Under the pieces are notes generated by a model. The model saw nothing but the letters and a program-made list of their open reading frames with translations, was not told the DNA's origin and made no database searches. This document shows, piece after piece, positions 36,452-49,751 of a stretch of 64,000 nt of DNA; positions within the stretch are counted from its first letter, which is position 1, and the number at the start of each line of letters is the position of its first letter. This DNA is from Octopus sinensis (Eukaryota), in the NCBI RefSeq assembly GCF_006345805.1, contig NC_043010.1, positions 12,462,001 to 12,526,000 of the forward strand, read 5' to 3'. A program made the position numbers and the translations under genes.

Positions 36452-36829
36452 TTGTTTCAGTCATTTGACTGCAGCCATGCTGGAGCACCGCCTTTAGTCA
36501 AACAAATCGACCCCAGGACTTATTCTTTTGTAAGCCTAGTACTTATCCTATCGGTCTCTTTGGCCAAACCGCTAAGTTACGGGGGACATAAACACACCAA
36601 CAGTGGTTGTTAAGTGATAGTGGGGGACGAACACATACACACGAACACACACACACATACGACAAGCTTCTTTCAGTTTCCATCAACCAAATCCACTCAC
36701 AAAGCTTTGGTCGGGCCAAGGCCTTGGTTAGGTTACGGTTATAGTAGAAGACACTTGCCCAAGGTGTCACGCAGTGGGACTGAACCCAGAACCATATGGT
36801 TGGTAAGCAAGCTTCTTACCACACTGCCA
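36452..36829 (-). mobile_element. SINE-A, full length
   Basis: SINE-A consensus. Confidence 0.9.
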
Positions 36830-36959
36830 TTTATTTACTGAGGACACGACAGCTTTGAACAAATGTTTGTCTCTCAATGGATGCCATTATCAACTCACCA
36901 TTGTTTTAACTTCCCAACCAGCAAACATAGAACTTAGTGTGGAGACCATTTATAGCCTA

Positions 36960-37165
36960 GGGCTCAGAATCATTAGCACACTGGACACAAAATACGTAGT
37001 GGCATGTTGTGTCTTCAGATTCTGAGTTCAAATTCCACCAAGGTCAACTTTACCATTCATTCTTTCAGGGTCTATAAAATAAAGTATCAGTCAAGTACTG
37101 GGGTTGATGTTATTGACCTTTGCCCTCCTTCTAAGAGTCCTTGCCTTGTGGCAGAATTAAGAAGC
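36960..37165 (+). mobile_element. SINE-B older variant
   Basis: Degenerate SINE-B. Confidence 0.7.
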
Positions 37166-37492
37166 ACTGTTCTCTCAGCGTTTCAGTTGATATTATAGAA
37201 AGAATTCTTCAAGCTAGTCTTCATCTTGAAGACAAAAAAAGCTAGAAATAGACTCTGATACAAGGAAATAGGAAAGGTTAATTCATTATTCATATTTAAT
37301 TAATTCTATTAACAGCCTCAGTGTCCTAAGTATTTAGATTCTCACTCAAGAGAGCCACAAAATCGTTTAATGGCGTATTAGTGCAATATCAGATAATGAT
37401 TGCGAATGCTGGACTATTTAGAACCATTATCAATTGATGTTAGGAATGAGATGGGACAATGGAGAGAAGAAGCCAGTGATGAGAGTAAGGAA

Positions 37493-37712
37493 GATGGTGG
37501 TGGCGGTGGTGGTGGTGGTGGTGGTGGTGGTTGTGGTGGTGGTGGTGGTGGTGGTGGTGGTGGTGGTGGTGGTTGTGGTGGTGGTGGTGATGGTGGTGGT
37601 GGTGGTGGTGGTGGTGGTTGTGGTGGTGGTGGTGGTGGTGGTGGTTGTGATGGTGGTGGTGGTGGTGGTGGTGTTTGTGGTGGTGGTGCTGGTGGTGGTG
37701 GTGGTGGTGGTG
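37493..37712. repeat. (GGT)n microsatellite
   Basis: Direct reading; source of the poly-G/V/P/H ORFs. Confidence 0.97.
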
Positions 37713-38923
37713 GGTTAATGATGACGATGATGACAATTGTGCGCTTTCTGTTCATACCACACACACAAGAAAATAACAAATGTCATCATCATCATCATCA
37801 TCAGTGGCAGTAGCAGCATCATGAACACTGTGCTCTCTCTCTCTCTTTCTCTCTCTTTAAATATGTGTGCGTGTGTGCATGCACATATGTGTGTGTATGG
37901 GCATGTGTGTATGCGTATATATATACATATATATATATGTGTGTGTTTGTATGTGTGTGTATATATACTTATGTTGTATGTGTGTGTATATTGTACATTT
38001 ATGTGTCTGTATACACTACACATATCTATCTATATGCATACACATACACATCTATATCATCTATATCTATATAAGTGTGTGTATATGTATATATATATAT
38101 ACACACACACACATCTACATCTATATAAGTGTGTGTATATATATATATATATATGCAATATATATGCATATATATATATATATATATATGCAATATATAT
38201 GCATATATACATACATATATATATATAATATATATACATATACACACACACACACATATATATATATATATGCAGGTATATATGTATATAGTTGTATATA
38301 CATATATACACTCACACACACACACACACACACACATACATGTAACTCACACAACCACCCCAGCCCAAGCTCGGCTAGCTAAAATTTACATGATAAAACA
38401 AAACACAACGATGTAAGCTTTCTCTTCTTTACACCACCACCACAACAACAACTGTTTTTAGCTTAGCTTTTGTTTTGTTTTATTTTGTTTTGTTTTTATT
38501 TCAAAGATAATAAAAGATAAATAACAACCACAACAACAACAACTACAACAACAACAACAACTACAACAACAACAACAAGAGAAACGGATGAACTGTAATA
38601 TAAGCCCGTTATAATAAAATATTTCGTCTTTCATCTAAAATCCTTCCTCTCTATTATTATTCAATTTCTGCTGTTATCATCGCATCATAGGTGATAGCTC
38701 TTGTTTTTTTTTTTGTCTTTTAAAGAAAGCATTTCATAAAAGACATTCAAAACCATTTTGTCAAAAGATTGCCACCTTTAAATTGTTAGTTTTGTTCCAT
38801 TGTATAAAAGATCTATCAGTTTTCTATGTCGTTCTCTTACATAGGTGTAAATGGCTTTTGTTTCTTCTCTGCGTATGTATTTTCTTGTAGGCCTGTGTGC
38901 ATGTATGTGTGTGTTTCTGTGCT

Positions 38924-38959
<36 letters not shown>

Positions 38960-39132
38960 TTTGAAGATATGTCGTTAAGGTGTAACATAAAATGGGTTAT
39001 ATACCTATGTTTGAGTGCAAATGTGTAAGTGTGCACAAGGTTGCATACCTGCATGCATATAACTGCACATAGGTATTTGTTATACATGTGTGATGAATTT
39101 GTGTCTTGTGTCTATGATGTGCATGTATGTAT

Positions 39133-39248
39133 ATCATCATCATCCTCATCATAATCATCATCATCGTTTAACGTCTGCTTTCCATGCCAGCATGGGTTGG
39201 ACGATTTTGACTGAGGACTGGCGAACCAGATGGCTGCACCAGGCTCCA

Positions 39249-39250
<2 letters not shown>
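39133..39250 (-). mobile_element. Element C 3' fragment
   Basis: Element C tail. Confidence 0.82.
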
Positions 39251-39287
<37 letters not shown>

Positions 39288-39311
39288 TATAGATATATTT
39301 ACATGTGAATA

Positions 39312-39829
39312 CCGTAAATCCTCGAGTATAATCCGCCCTTGCATTTAATACACAGGGGATTTTTAGGAGGCTGTACCTCTGAAAAACCTAAACCTAGTGT
39401 ATAATACGCACCCCTTTGCTATCTTGAATCAAGGAGGTCTATATAACATCCTTGGTTTGTAAAAATGTATATGGTAAAGTCCTTTATTATTATTGTATAT
39501 ATAACATAATGCAAACGTGTAGCTTTATTGTGCATTTTGTTCGCAAAAAATAAAGAAATAACAGTAATAACGTTTAGTAAATGTTGCTTACTGCAAGTTA
39601 TGGATGATTCTTTTATGACTTCATTGCTTTCAGGCTTAGCTTAAGGTATTTTCATGCCCAACATCACAACAAAGTGTGTCTGAATAAACATTGCTGGACA
39701 GCAAATAGAGACTCGGACATTGCTTGGAAAATATTTTTCCTTTTTAACCTCGTATATAGTACACACACTAGGGATTTTGACCTTTAAATTTTAGGGAAAA
39801 AAATGCGGATTATACTCGAGGATTTATGG
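39312..39829. mobile_element. Tc2/pogo-type MITE
   Basis: TA|CCGTAAATCCTCGAGTATAATCCGC ... GCGGATTATACTCGAGGATTTATGG|CA: 25-bp TIR pair with one mismatch; TA target, one side mutated. Confidence 0.85.
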
Positions 39830-39889
39830 CATATTTATATATATATATATATGGATACAAATATATATACACCTATATCTATGTATTTT

Positions 39890-40095
39890 AGTACAAGGCC
39901 AACAATTTCAAGCAAGTTGGGTGCAAATGAATTACATCATCCCCTTTGCTCAACTGGTACTTATTTCATCAAGCCCCAAAAGGATGAATGGCAATGTCAA
40001 CCTCAGTAGAATTTGAACTCAGAACATAAAGATAGACGAAATGCCACTAAGCATTTTTACCCAGCATGCTGACATATTTCCACCAACTCACCACT
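39890..40095 (-). mobile_element. SINE-B older variant
   Basis: Degenerate SINE-B. Confidence 0.72.
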
Positions 40096-40417
40096 TTACT
40101 AATAACTCTAATACTGAATCAGATAAATGTTTAAATCTTGTTAGTGCTGATAAAGCAAAAATCATGTTGTATGCAGTTTTACTGAAAACAGCTTATAGAA
40201 GGCATTAAGATTGAAATGATTAAACCAAAACTCGTTGCATTGTGTGATGAGCTGGTAGAATCATCAGTGAATCAGACAAGATCTTTAAGAATATAACCTC
40301 TCGCTTTTAATGTTCGGAGTTCAAATACCTCTGAGATCAACTTTGCTTTTCATATTTTCAGAGTTGGGAAACTAAAGTGTCAGTTAACTCTTTGAATATA
40401 ACAAAGTGGATATGTCT

Positions 40418-40613
40418 ACTCTTTACTTGTTTCGGTCATTTGACTGTGGCCATGCTGGAGCACCACCTTTAGTCGAGCAAATAGACCCCAAGACTTATTC
40501 TTTGTAAGCCTAGTACTTATTCTATCAATCTCTTTTGCTAAACTGCTAAGTTACACACCAGGATTTTTTTGTCAAGTGATGTTGGGGGGACAAACACAGA
40601 CACACAAACATAT

Positions 40614-40646
<33 letters not shown>

Positions 40647-40819
40647 CATATATATGACAGGCTTCTTTTCAGTTTCCGTCTATCAAATCCACTCACAAGG
40701 ATTTGGTTGGCCCGAGGCTATAATAGAAGACACTTGCCCAAGGTGCCATGCAGTGGGACTGAACCCGGAACCATGTGGTTGGTGAGCAAGCTACTTACCA
40801 CACAGCAACTCCTGTGCCT
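40418..40819 (-). mobile_element. SINE-A, full length
   Basis: SINE-A consensus. Confidence 0.9.
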
Positions 40820-40863
40820 GCACAGCCACTCTTGCTCCTGTTCATTATATTATAGCTATTAAT

Positions 40864-41083
40864 AAGGCAGCGAGCTGGCAGAAATGTTAGCATGCCGGGC
40901 AAAATGCTTAGAGGTATTTCATCCGTCTTTATGTTCTGAGTTCAAATTCCACTGAGGTCGACTTTGCCTTTTATCCTTTCGGGGTCGATAAATTAAACAC
41001 CAGTTGCATATTGGGGTCGATCTAATCGACTGGCCCCCTCCCCAAAAATTTCTGGCTTTATGCCTAGAGTAGAAAAGAATATT
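40864..41083 (+). mobile_element. SINE-B with alternative tail
   Basis: B head and central domain; tail ...CCCCAAAAATTTCTGGCTTTATGCCTAGAGTAGAAAAGAATATT. Confidence 0.85.
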
Positions 41084-41189
41084 ATAGCTATTAATTGTGG
41101 AAAGTGGTTTTACCCCAAGGCTGTGGAAAAAAAACCCAGAAAAAAGAACCTCTCTTTATGCTGCAGGAAGTGGAGCCATTCCTAGTGAC

Positions 41190-41450
41190 ATCATCATCAT
41201 TGTTTAACATCTGCTTTCCATGCTAGCATGGGTTGGACGGTTCAACTGGGGTCTGGGAAGCCAGAAGGCTGCACCATGCTCCAGTCTGATCTGGCAGTGT
41301 TTCTACAGCTGGATACCCTTCCTAATGCCAACCACTCCGTGAGTGTAGTGGGTGCTTTTTACGTGCCACCGACACACGTGCCAGGGGAGGCTGGCAAACG
41401 TCCACGATCGGATGGTGCTTTTTACGTGCCACCGGCATGGAGGCCAGTCA
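41190..41450 (-). mobile_element. Element C
   Basis: Element C consensus. Confidence 0.87.
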
Positions 41451-42063
41451 CTTTATACGAAAGAAAAATTATTTAATTTTCTTAATTGTTTTTCATTTAT
41501 TTCATCAATTATGGTTTTACAGAGCAAGGGCTAAATACTTTTAGTAATGAATATGAAATCCCTACCTGCAGGAGATAATGGGAATGTATTACAGAAGCAG
41601 AATATATTCTATTTTTTTTTTTGATGGATAATTAGCGTCATTACATGAATGACCATGAAATTTAATTATGCAGTCAAAGGGTTAAGTATTGAGGATGATG
41701 ATATCAATTAGTCCCTTCCAGCCAAATTACCGTCATTAATGCAATCATTAAGCCAAAAGATCGTCCTGAATTCTATATCGGTTCAAGACAGTTTATTTGA
41801 ATTATTAAAGTGTGCAATCGACCAAAAAAAAAAAAAAATTTAGGGTTTTTTCAATTCAAAATTAATAAATATGAAAGGTTTATCAACTCAATCCAATTAA
41901 AATTTTTGAACTTTAAGCAAAATTAAGGAGAACCAGCTCACCGTTCCTATTAAAGCTCAGTGTATTCTTTATGTAATGCATTTGATGGCATATAAGACAC
42001 ATATTTTCTTTTCTACTCTAGGTACAAGGCCTGAAATTTTGTGGGAGGAGGCCAGTCAATTAA

Positions 42064-42284
42064 CCCTTTTGTTACCAACCCGGCTGAAACCGGTTCTGGC
42101 TCTGAGTACAAATGTCTTGTTTTCATAAGTTTTGAATTAAAATCTTCCACCAAATCTTAGTCACAATTCATGTTCCTCACACTAGCTGAATTATAGTTAA
42201 GTTATTTTACTAAATTCTTTGGTATATTTAAAGTAATTGAAAGAAACACACAGCATCTCAAAATAAATACAGTAATGAAAGGGT
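42064..42284 (+). mobile_element. piggyBac-type MITE family G
   Basis: TTAA|CCCTTTT ... AAAGGG|TTAA; colinear with 12513-12732. Confidence 0.85.
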
Positions 42285-42289
42285 TAAAT

Positions 42290-42662
42290 TGATCCCAGTA
42301 TGCAACTGGTACTTAATTTATCTACCCCAAAAGTATGAACAGCAAAGTTGGCCTCAGTGGAATTTGAACTCAGAATGTAAAGACAGACGAAATACCACTA
42401 AGCATTTCGCCTGGTGTGCTAATGTTTCTTATTTCTTTACTGCCCACAAGGGGCTACACACAGAGGGGACAAACAAGGACAGACAAAGGGATTAAGTCAA
42501 TTACATCGACCCCAGTGCATAACTGGTGCTTAATTTATTGACCCCGAAAGGATGAAAGACAAAGTTGACCTTGGCGGAATTTGAACTCAGAACGTAAGAG
42601 CAGACGAAATACTGCTAAGTATTTCACCTGGCATGCTAACATTTCTGCCAGCTCACCGCCTT
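42290..42662 (-). mobile_element. Two SINE-B copies in tandem or nested
   Basis: Partial B (42290-42428) followed by full B (42430-42662). Confidence 0.87.
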
Positions 42663-42989
42663 ATAAGACACTTATTTTACCAAAAAACAAAATGTCTCAA
42701 AAATACATTTCCATGGCCCTATATGCTTAATTGAGCCACCCATAAACTAATTTTGTCCCTGATGCTTGCTTTTTCTTGAACATACAATACTGAAATTGTA
42801 GTGCATCTAAATATGCCTGTACATCTTTTATGCCATTAAATATGGTAAAGTGTCTGCAATCAAAGATGACCCAGAAACAGATATCATAGAATTGATTTCT
42901 TTATCAACAGAATCAATTGTACTCAGACAAAGACAAATATTCGTAATTGTCAAAGAACTTTGCCTAAAGCATTGCAGACATGGTTACCT

Positions 42990-43366
42990 TCAAGATAATT
43001 TCAGAAACATTTTTTCACGCTAAGAGTTGCTGAAGTATGGAACAGACTGCCGGCATCTAACACCCGTGGACATATTTACAAAGTCAGAAAACAGCACAGC
43101 TCCCATGACTTCAGGAAACATTTTTTCATGCTGAGAGTTGCTGAAGCATGGAACAAACTGCCGGCATCAGTTGTTAGTTGTCGGAGCACTGTATCCTTCA
43201 AAACTTCCATACTTCCTGAGATTCACCAACACTACACCTGATTTTCTTCCCTCCAGACACACGCAAGCATGTATCTGACTCATACACTGTTCGCTTTCCA
43301 GACATTTGTACATTACTGCATATGCTTTATACGCATTTTTGACAAGTTGTGGTGCACCTGAGCACA
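42990..43366 (+). mobile_element. CR1 LINE 3' fragment, second family, with a short internal duplication
   Basis: TRGHIYKVRKQHSSHDFRKHFFMLRVAEAWNKLPASVVSCRSTVSFK; the HFF.LRVAE.WN.LPA segment is present twice; ends GTGGTGCACCTGAGCAC. Confidence 0.85.
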
Positions 43367-43386
43367 TTTTATTCTTTTCTTTTAGT

Positions 43387-43764
43387 TCTTTTACTTGTTT
43401 CAGTCATTTTGACTGCAGCCATGCTGGAGCACCACCTTTAATCGAGCAACTCGACCCCGGGACTTATTCTTTTGTAAGCCCAGTACTTATTCCATCGGTC
43501 TCTTTTGCCGAACCGCTAACTAACGGGGGACATGAACACATCAGCAATGTTGGGGGGACAAACACAGACATACAAATATATACACACATATACATATATA
43601 TATATATATACGACGGGTTTCTTTCAGTTTCTGTCTACCAAATCCACTCACAAGGCTTTGGTTGTCCCGAGGCTATAGCAGAAGACACTTGCCCAAGATG
43701 CCACGCAGTGGGACTGAACCCGGAACCATGTGGTTGTTTAGCAAGCTACTTACCACACAGCCAC
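43387..43764 (-). mobile_element. SINE-A, near full length
   Basis: SINE-A consensus. Confidence 0.9.
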
Positions 43765-43924
43765 TTTATTGTGGCTTTATTATAATGGTGCAGTCAAATC
43801 AAACATTTGATTTACTCCATGCAAAAATATTTTATACTTCTAGTAGAGCTTATTATCAAGGAAAATTTAGCAAACAATAAACAACTAAGCAAAACCAGCT
43901 TAAAACTTGAAGTGAGATCCAGCG

Positions 43925-44160
43925 CCAGAGTTTAAGTATTCATTACTTTTAGCCAGTGCTAGAATGTTCAGCCGCTTCTGGCCCTCCAATCAGAGCTTCC
44001 TTCTCCAAAACCAGTTTGAAAACTGCAATGAGTGATTATCATAAGATCCAATGCCAGAACCAGGATATTCAGTACTCCAAGCCAGGACTACAAATGTACA
44101 TCCACTTCTCCCAACCCTACGATGAAATCATCCTTCTCGGATTTTTCACCAGCTGGAAAT
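43925..44160 (-). mobile_element. Possible decayed Tx1/L1-type RT remnant
   Basis: Stop-interrupted frame ...LQFSNWFWRRKL*LEGQKRLNILALAK resembles the WxxRxLSLxGR motif. Confidence 0.35.
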
Positions 44161-44174
44161 TCAGTAAACAATTA

Positions 44175-44582
44175 TTACTCTTTTACTTGTTTCAGTCATT
44201 TGACTGCGGCCATGCTGGAGCACCGCCTTTAGTCGAGCAACTCGAACCCCAGGACTTATTTTGTAAGCCCAGTACTTATTCTATCGGTCTCTTTTGCCGA
44301 ACCGCTAAGTGACAGGGACGTAAACACACCAGCATCAGTTGTCAAGCAATGCTAGGGGGACAAACACAGACACACAAACATATACACACATACATATAAA
44401 CATATATATACATATATACGACAGGCTTCTTTCAGTTTCCGTCTACCAAATCCGCTCACAAGGCTTTGGTCAGCCCGAGGCTATAGTAGAAGACACTTGC
44501 CCAAGGTGCCACGCAGTGGGACTGAACCCGGAACCATGTGGTTCATAAGCAAGCTACTTACCACACAGCCACTCCTATGCCT
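44175..44582 (-). mobile_element. SINE-A, full length
   Basis: SINE-A consensus. Confidence 0.93.
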
Positions 44583-44667
44583 ATTGTTGACTTGTGAACA
44601 AGAAATTTTTATAGTTTTATGATCATGTTACTAGGCAAAATTTGAAATATTCCATGACCAGTTATGT

Positions 44668-44970
44668 TTTGTTTGTTTCTTCTCGACCCACGCCTGGCTC
44701 ATAAGGGCCAGTTTCCCGGTTTCCTTGACGTATAGGTTCCCCACCTGGACGGGACGCCGGTTCGTCGCAGGTGAGCTGCAAAATGCAGGAGGAAAGAGTG
44801 AGAGAAAGTTGTGGCGAAAGAATCAGCAGAAGTTCGCCATTACCTTCTGCCAGAGCCGCGTGGAGCTTAGGTGTTTCGCTCATAAACAAACACGCCGCCC
44901 GGTCTGAGATTCGAACCCGAGATCCCTCGAGCGCGAGTCCACTGCTCTAACCACTTGGCTATGTGCCTCC
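44668..44970 (-). mobile_element. SINE-D variant with V-like tail, 10-bp TSD CCAGTTATGT (44658-44667 and 44975-44984)
   Basis: Element strand: GGAGGCACATAGCCAAGTGGTTAGAGC (A box) ... GGGTTCGAATCTC (B box). Confidence 0.9.
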
Positions 44971-45449
44971 ACACCCAGTTATGTATCATGTCACAACACC
45001 ATAAAAGCTTCCTCTTGGACCATTGATGTCCTCCATAGTCTTTTGATTCAGGTGCAATCTCACCTGCTCTCTTCATTACAAAGATTTTTTATTTCTAATT
45101 AGAGTAACCTTTTAGCACTTAAACCAGCCACATCCAGCTAAAATATTCTGCCCCCGATTTATGCTCAAACTGGCCAGATCTGGCCTCTCAAGCCAGCTTA
45201 TATGAAACGACACCGCTTATATGATGGTGACACTCATTTACAACTATCATGACAAGGAGAGAAACACAGAGACAAATATATACACAAACGCTAATGTCTA
45301 TATGGAGCATAGAATTCTTATTCACAAATAAAACCCACATGTGAAAATATATTTGTTTGCGTACATTCACATATTAAGGATTATTTCTAGAACAGACCAC
45401 CCCAATTATCCATACATATATCTGTACCTATATATCTGTGTGTGAGTGT

Positions 45450-45528
45450 TTGTTTGTATGCATGTATGTATGTATGTGTATATGTATGTATGCATGTATG
45501 TATGTATGTATGTATGTATGAATGTATG

Positions 45529-45586
<58 letters not shown>

Positions 45587-45665
45587 TAGGTAGATAGATA
45601 TAGGTAGGTAGATAGATAGATAGATAGGTAGATAGATAGATAGATAGATAGACAGATAGATTGAC

Positions 45666-45708
<43 letters not shown>

Positions 45709-45709
45709 C

Positions 45710-45785
<76 letters not shown>

Positions 45786-45802
45786 GGAGAGAGAGAGAGA
45801 GA
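45450..45802. repeat. Compound (TATG)n(TA)n(GATA)n(GA)n microsatellite
   Basis: Direct reading. Confidence 0.96.
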
Positions 45803-46404
45803 TTTGTTCACAATATTTATTATGCCCGTAGCAAAAGCTAGGGCAGAGTTCACAGTTATGTGTTGCATGATCTGTGTGTATGTGTGAGTGTACACACATG
45901 TATGCATGTATGTACATACGTGAGTGTGTGTGTGTGTGTGTGTGCGCACCTATATATGTCTGTGTATGTATATGTATATAAGAATGTATGTATACATGTA
46001 TGTATGTATGTTTGTATGTAGGTTACATATTCAGTCGAATCACAAGGCTTTTGTGGCCAGTTTAGAAACAAGGAACAGTTTAAAAGAGACCTGGCACCAG
46101 ATGAATAATAAAAGGCTATCAGGAATAGTCCATAGGAACTAAGCATATGGAACTGCCTGAGGCAAGACAAAATTCTTCACTTAACAGACTGGCAACTTAT
46201 CATCGCATAGGGAGACAGGAGGGAGCAGAGTGATACACAGAGACCAAGGGACAACATGCAATGCCAAAAGAGTTTGAACTCGTGACACTTAGGCCACAGG
46301 TCTAGCATCTTTTACCCATAATGTTTCTTTCTTAGCTACCCAGACGTTGATGATTGGCACATATTCAGAAGCTCTTCGAACATGTGTATAACATGCATAT
46401 TACC

Positions 46405-46925
46405 ATATGTGTATATATATATATACATATACATATATACATATATATATATATACATATACATATATATATACATATATATATATATACATATATATAC
46501 ATATACATATATATATATACATATTACATATACATATATATATACATATACATATACATATATACATATATATACATATACATATATATATACATATACA
46601 TATACAATATATATATATATACATATATACATATACATATACATATATACATATACATATATATATACATGTACATATATATATAAATGTACATATATAC
46701 ATACATATATATATATAGATATATATATATCTACATATATATATACATATATATATACATATATATATACATATATATAAACACATAAATATATATATAT
46801 ATACATACACACATATATATACACATGTGTGTATGTTTTTATATGTATGTATATACATATATGTGTGTGTGTGTGTGTATGTATATACACATACATTCAT
46901 AAATATACATACCCACACACATATG
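46405..46925. repeat. (TA)n/(TATACA)n compound microsatellite
   Basis: Direct reading. Confidence 0.96.
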
Positions 46926-47960
46926 TATAAAGTAGTTGTTTTTTTTAAATCGTTAAACACAGCAATAAAGATTAGTGGTGGCTTTTTTTTAACTCTGTTG
47001 GTGTGTGTGAGATGCCAAAGGACCATGTCTAGTGGCAAAATACTGCAAAGGCTGTTAGATATTAATCTGAGGGTAATTTTAGCCCTGTTTCTAACGAATT
47101 TAAAAGTCACATAGAAGCTCCTTCATTGGCTTGCTGCATAATGTATTACTATGTTGTACTATATCTTACTTAGTTGACTACAAAATCTGGACAGTTTCCT
47201 CAGAGGCACAAGCTTGGTTGAGTAACTGAGGAGCTCGTTGGGCAACCATGTGGTTTCCAGTTCAGACCACAGAGTAGCATCCTGAAGTAAGTGTCTTCTA
47301 CTATAGCCCTTGGCCTACCAATGCCTTGTGAGGGAATTTCGTAGACGGAAACTGTGAAAAAGCCTGTCATGTAAGTGTATGAAAGGTGAAGTCAACCTCG
47401 GTGGAATTTGAACTCAGAATGTAAAGACAGATAAAATGTTGTCAAGCACTCTGTCCAGCAGGCTAACAATTCTGCCAGCTCACCACCTTAATAATGATAA
47501 TAACAATAACAATAATAATAATAAAGATAATTTCTCAATCATACATAATATCACTAATTTGTTGGGAAGGGTTGTAGGAAGGAAATGTATTACAATTTTC
47601 TTTTTATATAAAAACCAGTGAAAGCTTTTGATCTCACTTGTAGCCATCTCCAAAGACGAGGTGTTAAGCTAATGTCAGCATCAGTGTGTCAGTGGTAAAA
47701 TACAAGAAACATAGCGAACGGCATCGCTTCTTTAATAACTTAAGCTGAAGGATGCGAATGAGTGATTGATTGGCTTAAAGTAGGCTGTCGTGTTTGTGAT
47801 TGACTGGTGATCAGAGTATTGATTACACTGATTGAACTTATCTATATTCAAAGGCATGCTGAGACAATGCTTTTTTTTTTTTTTTTTTTTTTAAGAAAGT
47901 AGGATGTAAAATGGGGGGAGAGATTTAGCTGCTATTTTTAGCAGAACTGAGCAGTTATGT

Positions 47961-48344
47961 GGGAAGCACTCCGTCGGTTACGACGACGAGGGTTCCGGTT
48001 GATCCGAATCAACGGAACAGCCTGCTCGTGAAATTAACGTGTAAGTGGCTGAGCACTCCACAGACACGTGTACCCTTAACGTAGTTCTCGGGGATATTCA
48101 GCGTGACACAGAGAGTGACAAGGCCGGCCCCTTGAAATACAGGTACAACAGAAACAGGAAGTAAGAGTGAGAGAAAGCTGTGGTGAAAGAGTACAGCAGG
48201 GATCACCACCATCCCCTGCCGGAGCCTCGTGGAGCTTTTAGGTGTTTTCGCTCAATAAACACTCACAAAGCCCGGTCTGGGAATCGAAATCGCGATCCTA
48301 TGACCACGAGTCCACTGCCCTAACCACTGGGCCATTGTGCCTCC
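47961..48344 (-). mobile_element. SINE-D, full length, perfect 15-bp TSD ACTGAGCAGTTATGT (47946-47960 and 48345-48359)
   Basis: Element strand: GGAGGCACAATGGCCCAGTGGTTAGGGC (A box) ... GATTTCGATTCCC (B box); TSD read directly. Confidence 0.93.
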
Positions 48345-48604
48345 ACTGAGCAGTTATGTAGTGACCCCTTCACTCACAATGTCATAAAGAGTGAAAGAAA
48401 AGTAATGCATAAAGGACTTTAATCTATGTTCTTAATTTTTTTAAATATTTTTATAAATTACTAGTTTTAATTTTTTAATGCTGGAAAATAGTATTTTTTT
48501 CATCAATCATCTTTTACTGGCTTCACTCATTAGACTGCATACTGGGACCACCACCTTGAAGAATTTTAGTTGAACAACCCCTGTTCTTGTTTATTTATTT
48601 ATTT

Positions 48605-48938
48605 AGGCGCAGGAGTGGCTGTGTGGTAAGTAGCTTGCTTACCAACCACATGGTTCCGGGATCAAGCCAACTGCATGGCATCTTGGGCAAGTGTCTTCTG
48701 CTATAGCCCCGGGCCGACCAATGCCTTGTGAGTGGATTTGGTAGACAGAAGCTGAAAGAAGCCTGTCGTATATATGTATATATATATGTGTGTGTGTGTG
48801 TGTGTCTGTGTTTGTCCCCCTAGCATTGCTTGACAACCGATGCTGGTGTGTTTACATCCCCGTCACTTAGCGGTTCGGCAAAAGAGACCGATAGAATAAG
48901 TACTGGGCTTACAAAGAATATGTCCCGGGGTCGATTTG
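48605..48938 (+). mobile_element. SINE-A, 3'-truncated
   Basis: SINE-A consensus. Confidence 0.9.
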
Positions 48939-49335
48939 GTTTGTCCAATGCAAAAAGCAGTTTCAACATATGAGGATCTGACAACCTACTCTTTCTTTCT
49001 CTGTCATAATGCTTAATGTCAAATGTGACATTTAAGTCCCTCCAATGATTTACAAAAAAGCCTACAGATCTTACAAGTATGAGGATTACAGGTGAGTGCA
49101 GGTGGTATATTTGCAGCCATTTTTCTCCTTTACCTTGCACCCTAAAGCTGTTAATGCTGGTTGCAACAAAATTTCTACTACCATTTTGACACAATGATCT
49201 CCATTTTGTTCACTCCAAGGCTCTTTATACACACACACACGCGCGCGCGCGTGCGCGCACACACGCACATGCACGCACACGCACATGCACACACACACAC
49301 ACACACACACACACAATGGGATTCTTTCAATTTCT

Positions 49336-49751
49336 TATTTCTTTATTGCCCACAAAGGGCTGAACATAGAGGGGACAAACAAGGACAGACAAAGAGATTA
49401 AGTCAATTACATCGACCCCAGTATGTAACTGGTACTTATTTAATCGACCCCGAAAGGATGAAAGGCAAAGCTGACCTTGGCAGAATTTGAACTCAAAACG
49501 TAACGGCAGATGAAATACCTATTTCTTTACTACCCACAAGGGGCTAAACACAGAGAGGACAAACAAGGACAGACAAACGGATTAAGTCGATTATATCGAC
49601 CCCAGTGCGTAACTGGTACTTATTTAATCGACCCCGAAAGGATGAAAGGCAAAGTTGCCCTCAGCAGAATTTGAACTCAGAACGTAACAGCAGATGAAAT
49701 ACATCTAAAGCATTTCGCCCGGCGTGCTAACATTTCTGCTAGCTCGCCGCC
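49336..49751 (-). mobile_element. SINE-B tandem dimer inserted into an older SINE-A, 11-bp TSD TTTCAATTTCT
   Basis: TSD at 49325-49335 and 49752-49762; host SINE-A continues on both sides (about 49255-49900). Confidence 0.9.

Noticed and set aside
37400-37813. Glycine-, proline- or histidine-rich protein ORFs (also 34-409)
   Set aside because: Pure (GGT)n or (CAT/CAC)n microsatellites without splice or codon evidence.
43306-43785. Recurrent ORFs with [11 protein letters not shown]...[18 protein letters not shown] or FTCFSHLTAAMLEHRL
   Set aside because: Read-through of SINE-A copies, not a protein family.
49066-49095. Plus-strand 24-nt micro-exon before CAG|GTGAGT
   Set aside because: Acceptor lacks a polypyrimidine tract (AAAAAAGCCTACAG); no supporting plus-strand exons.
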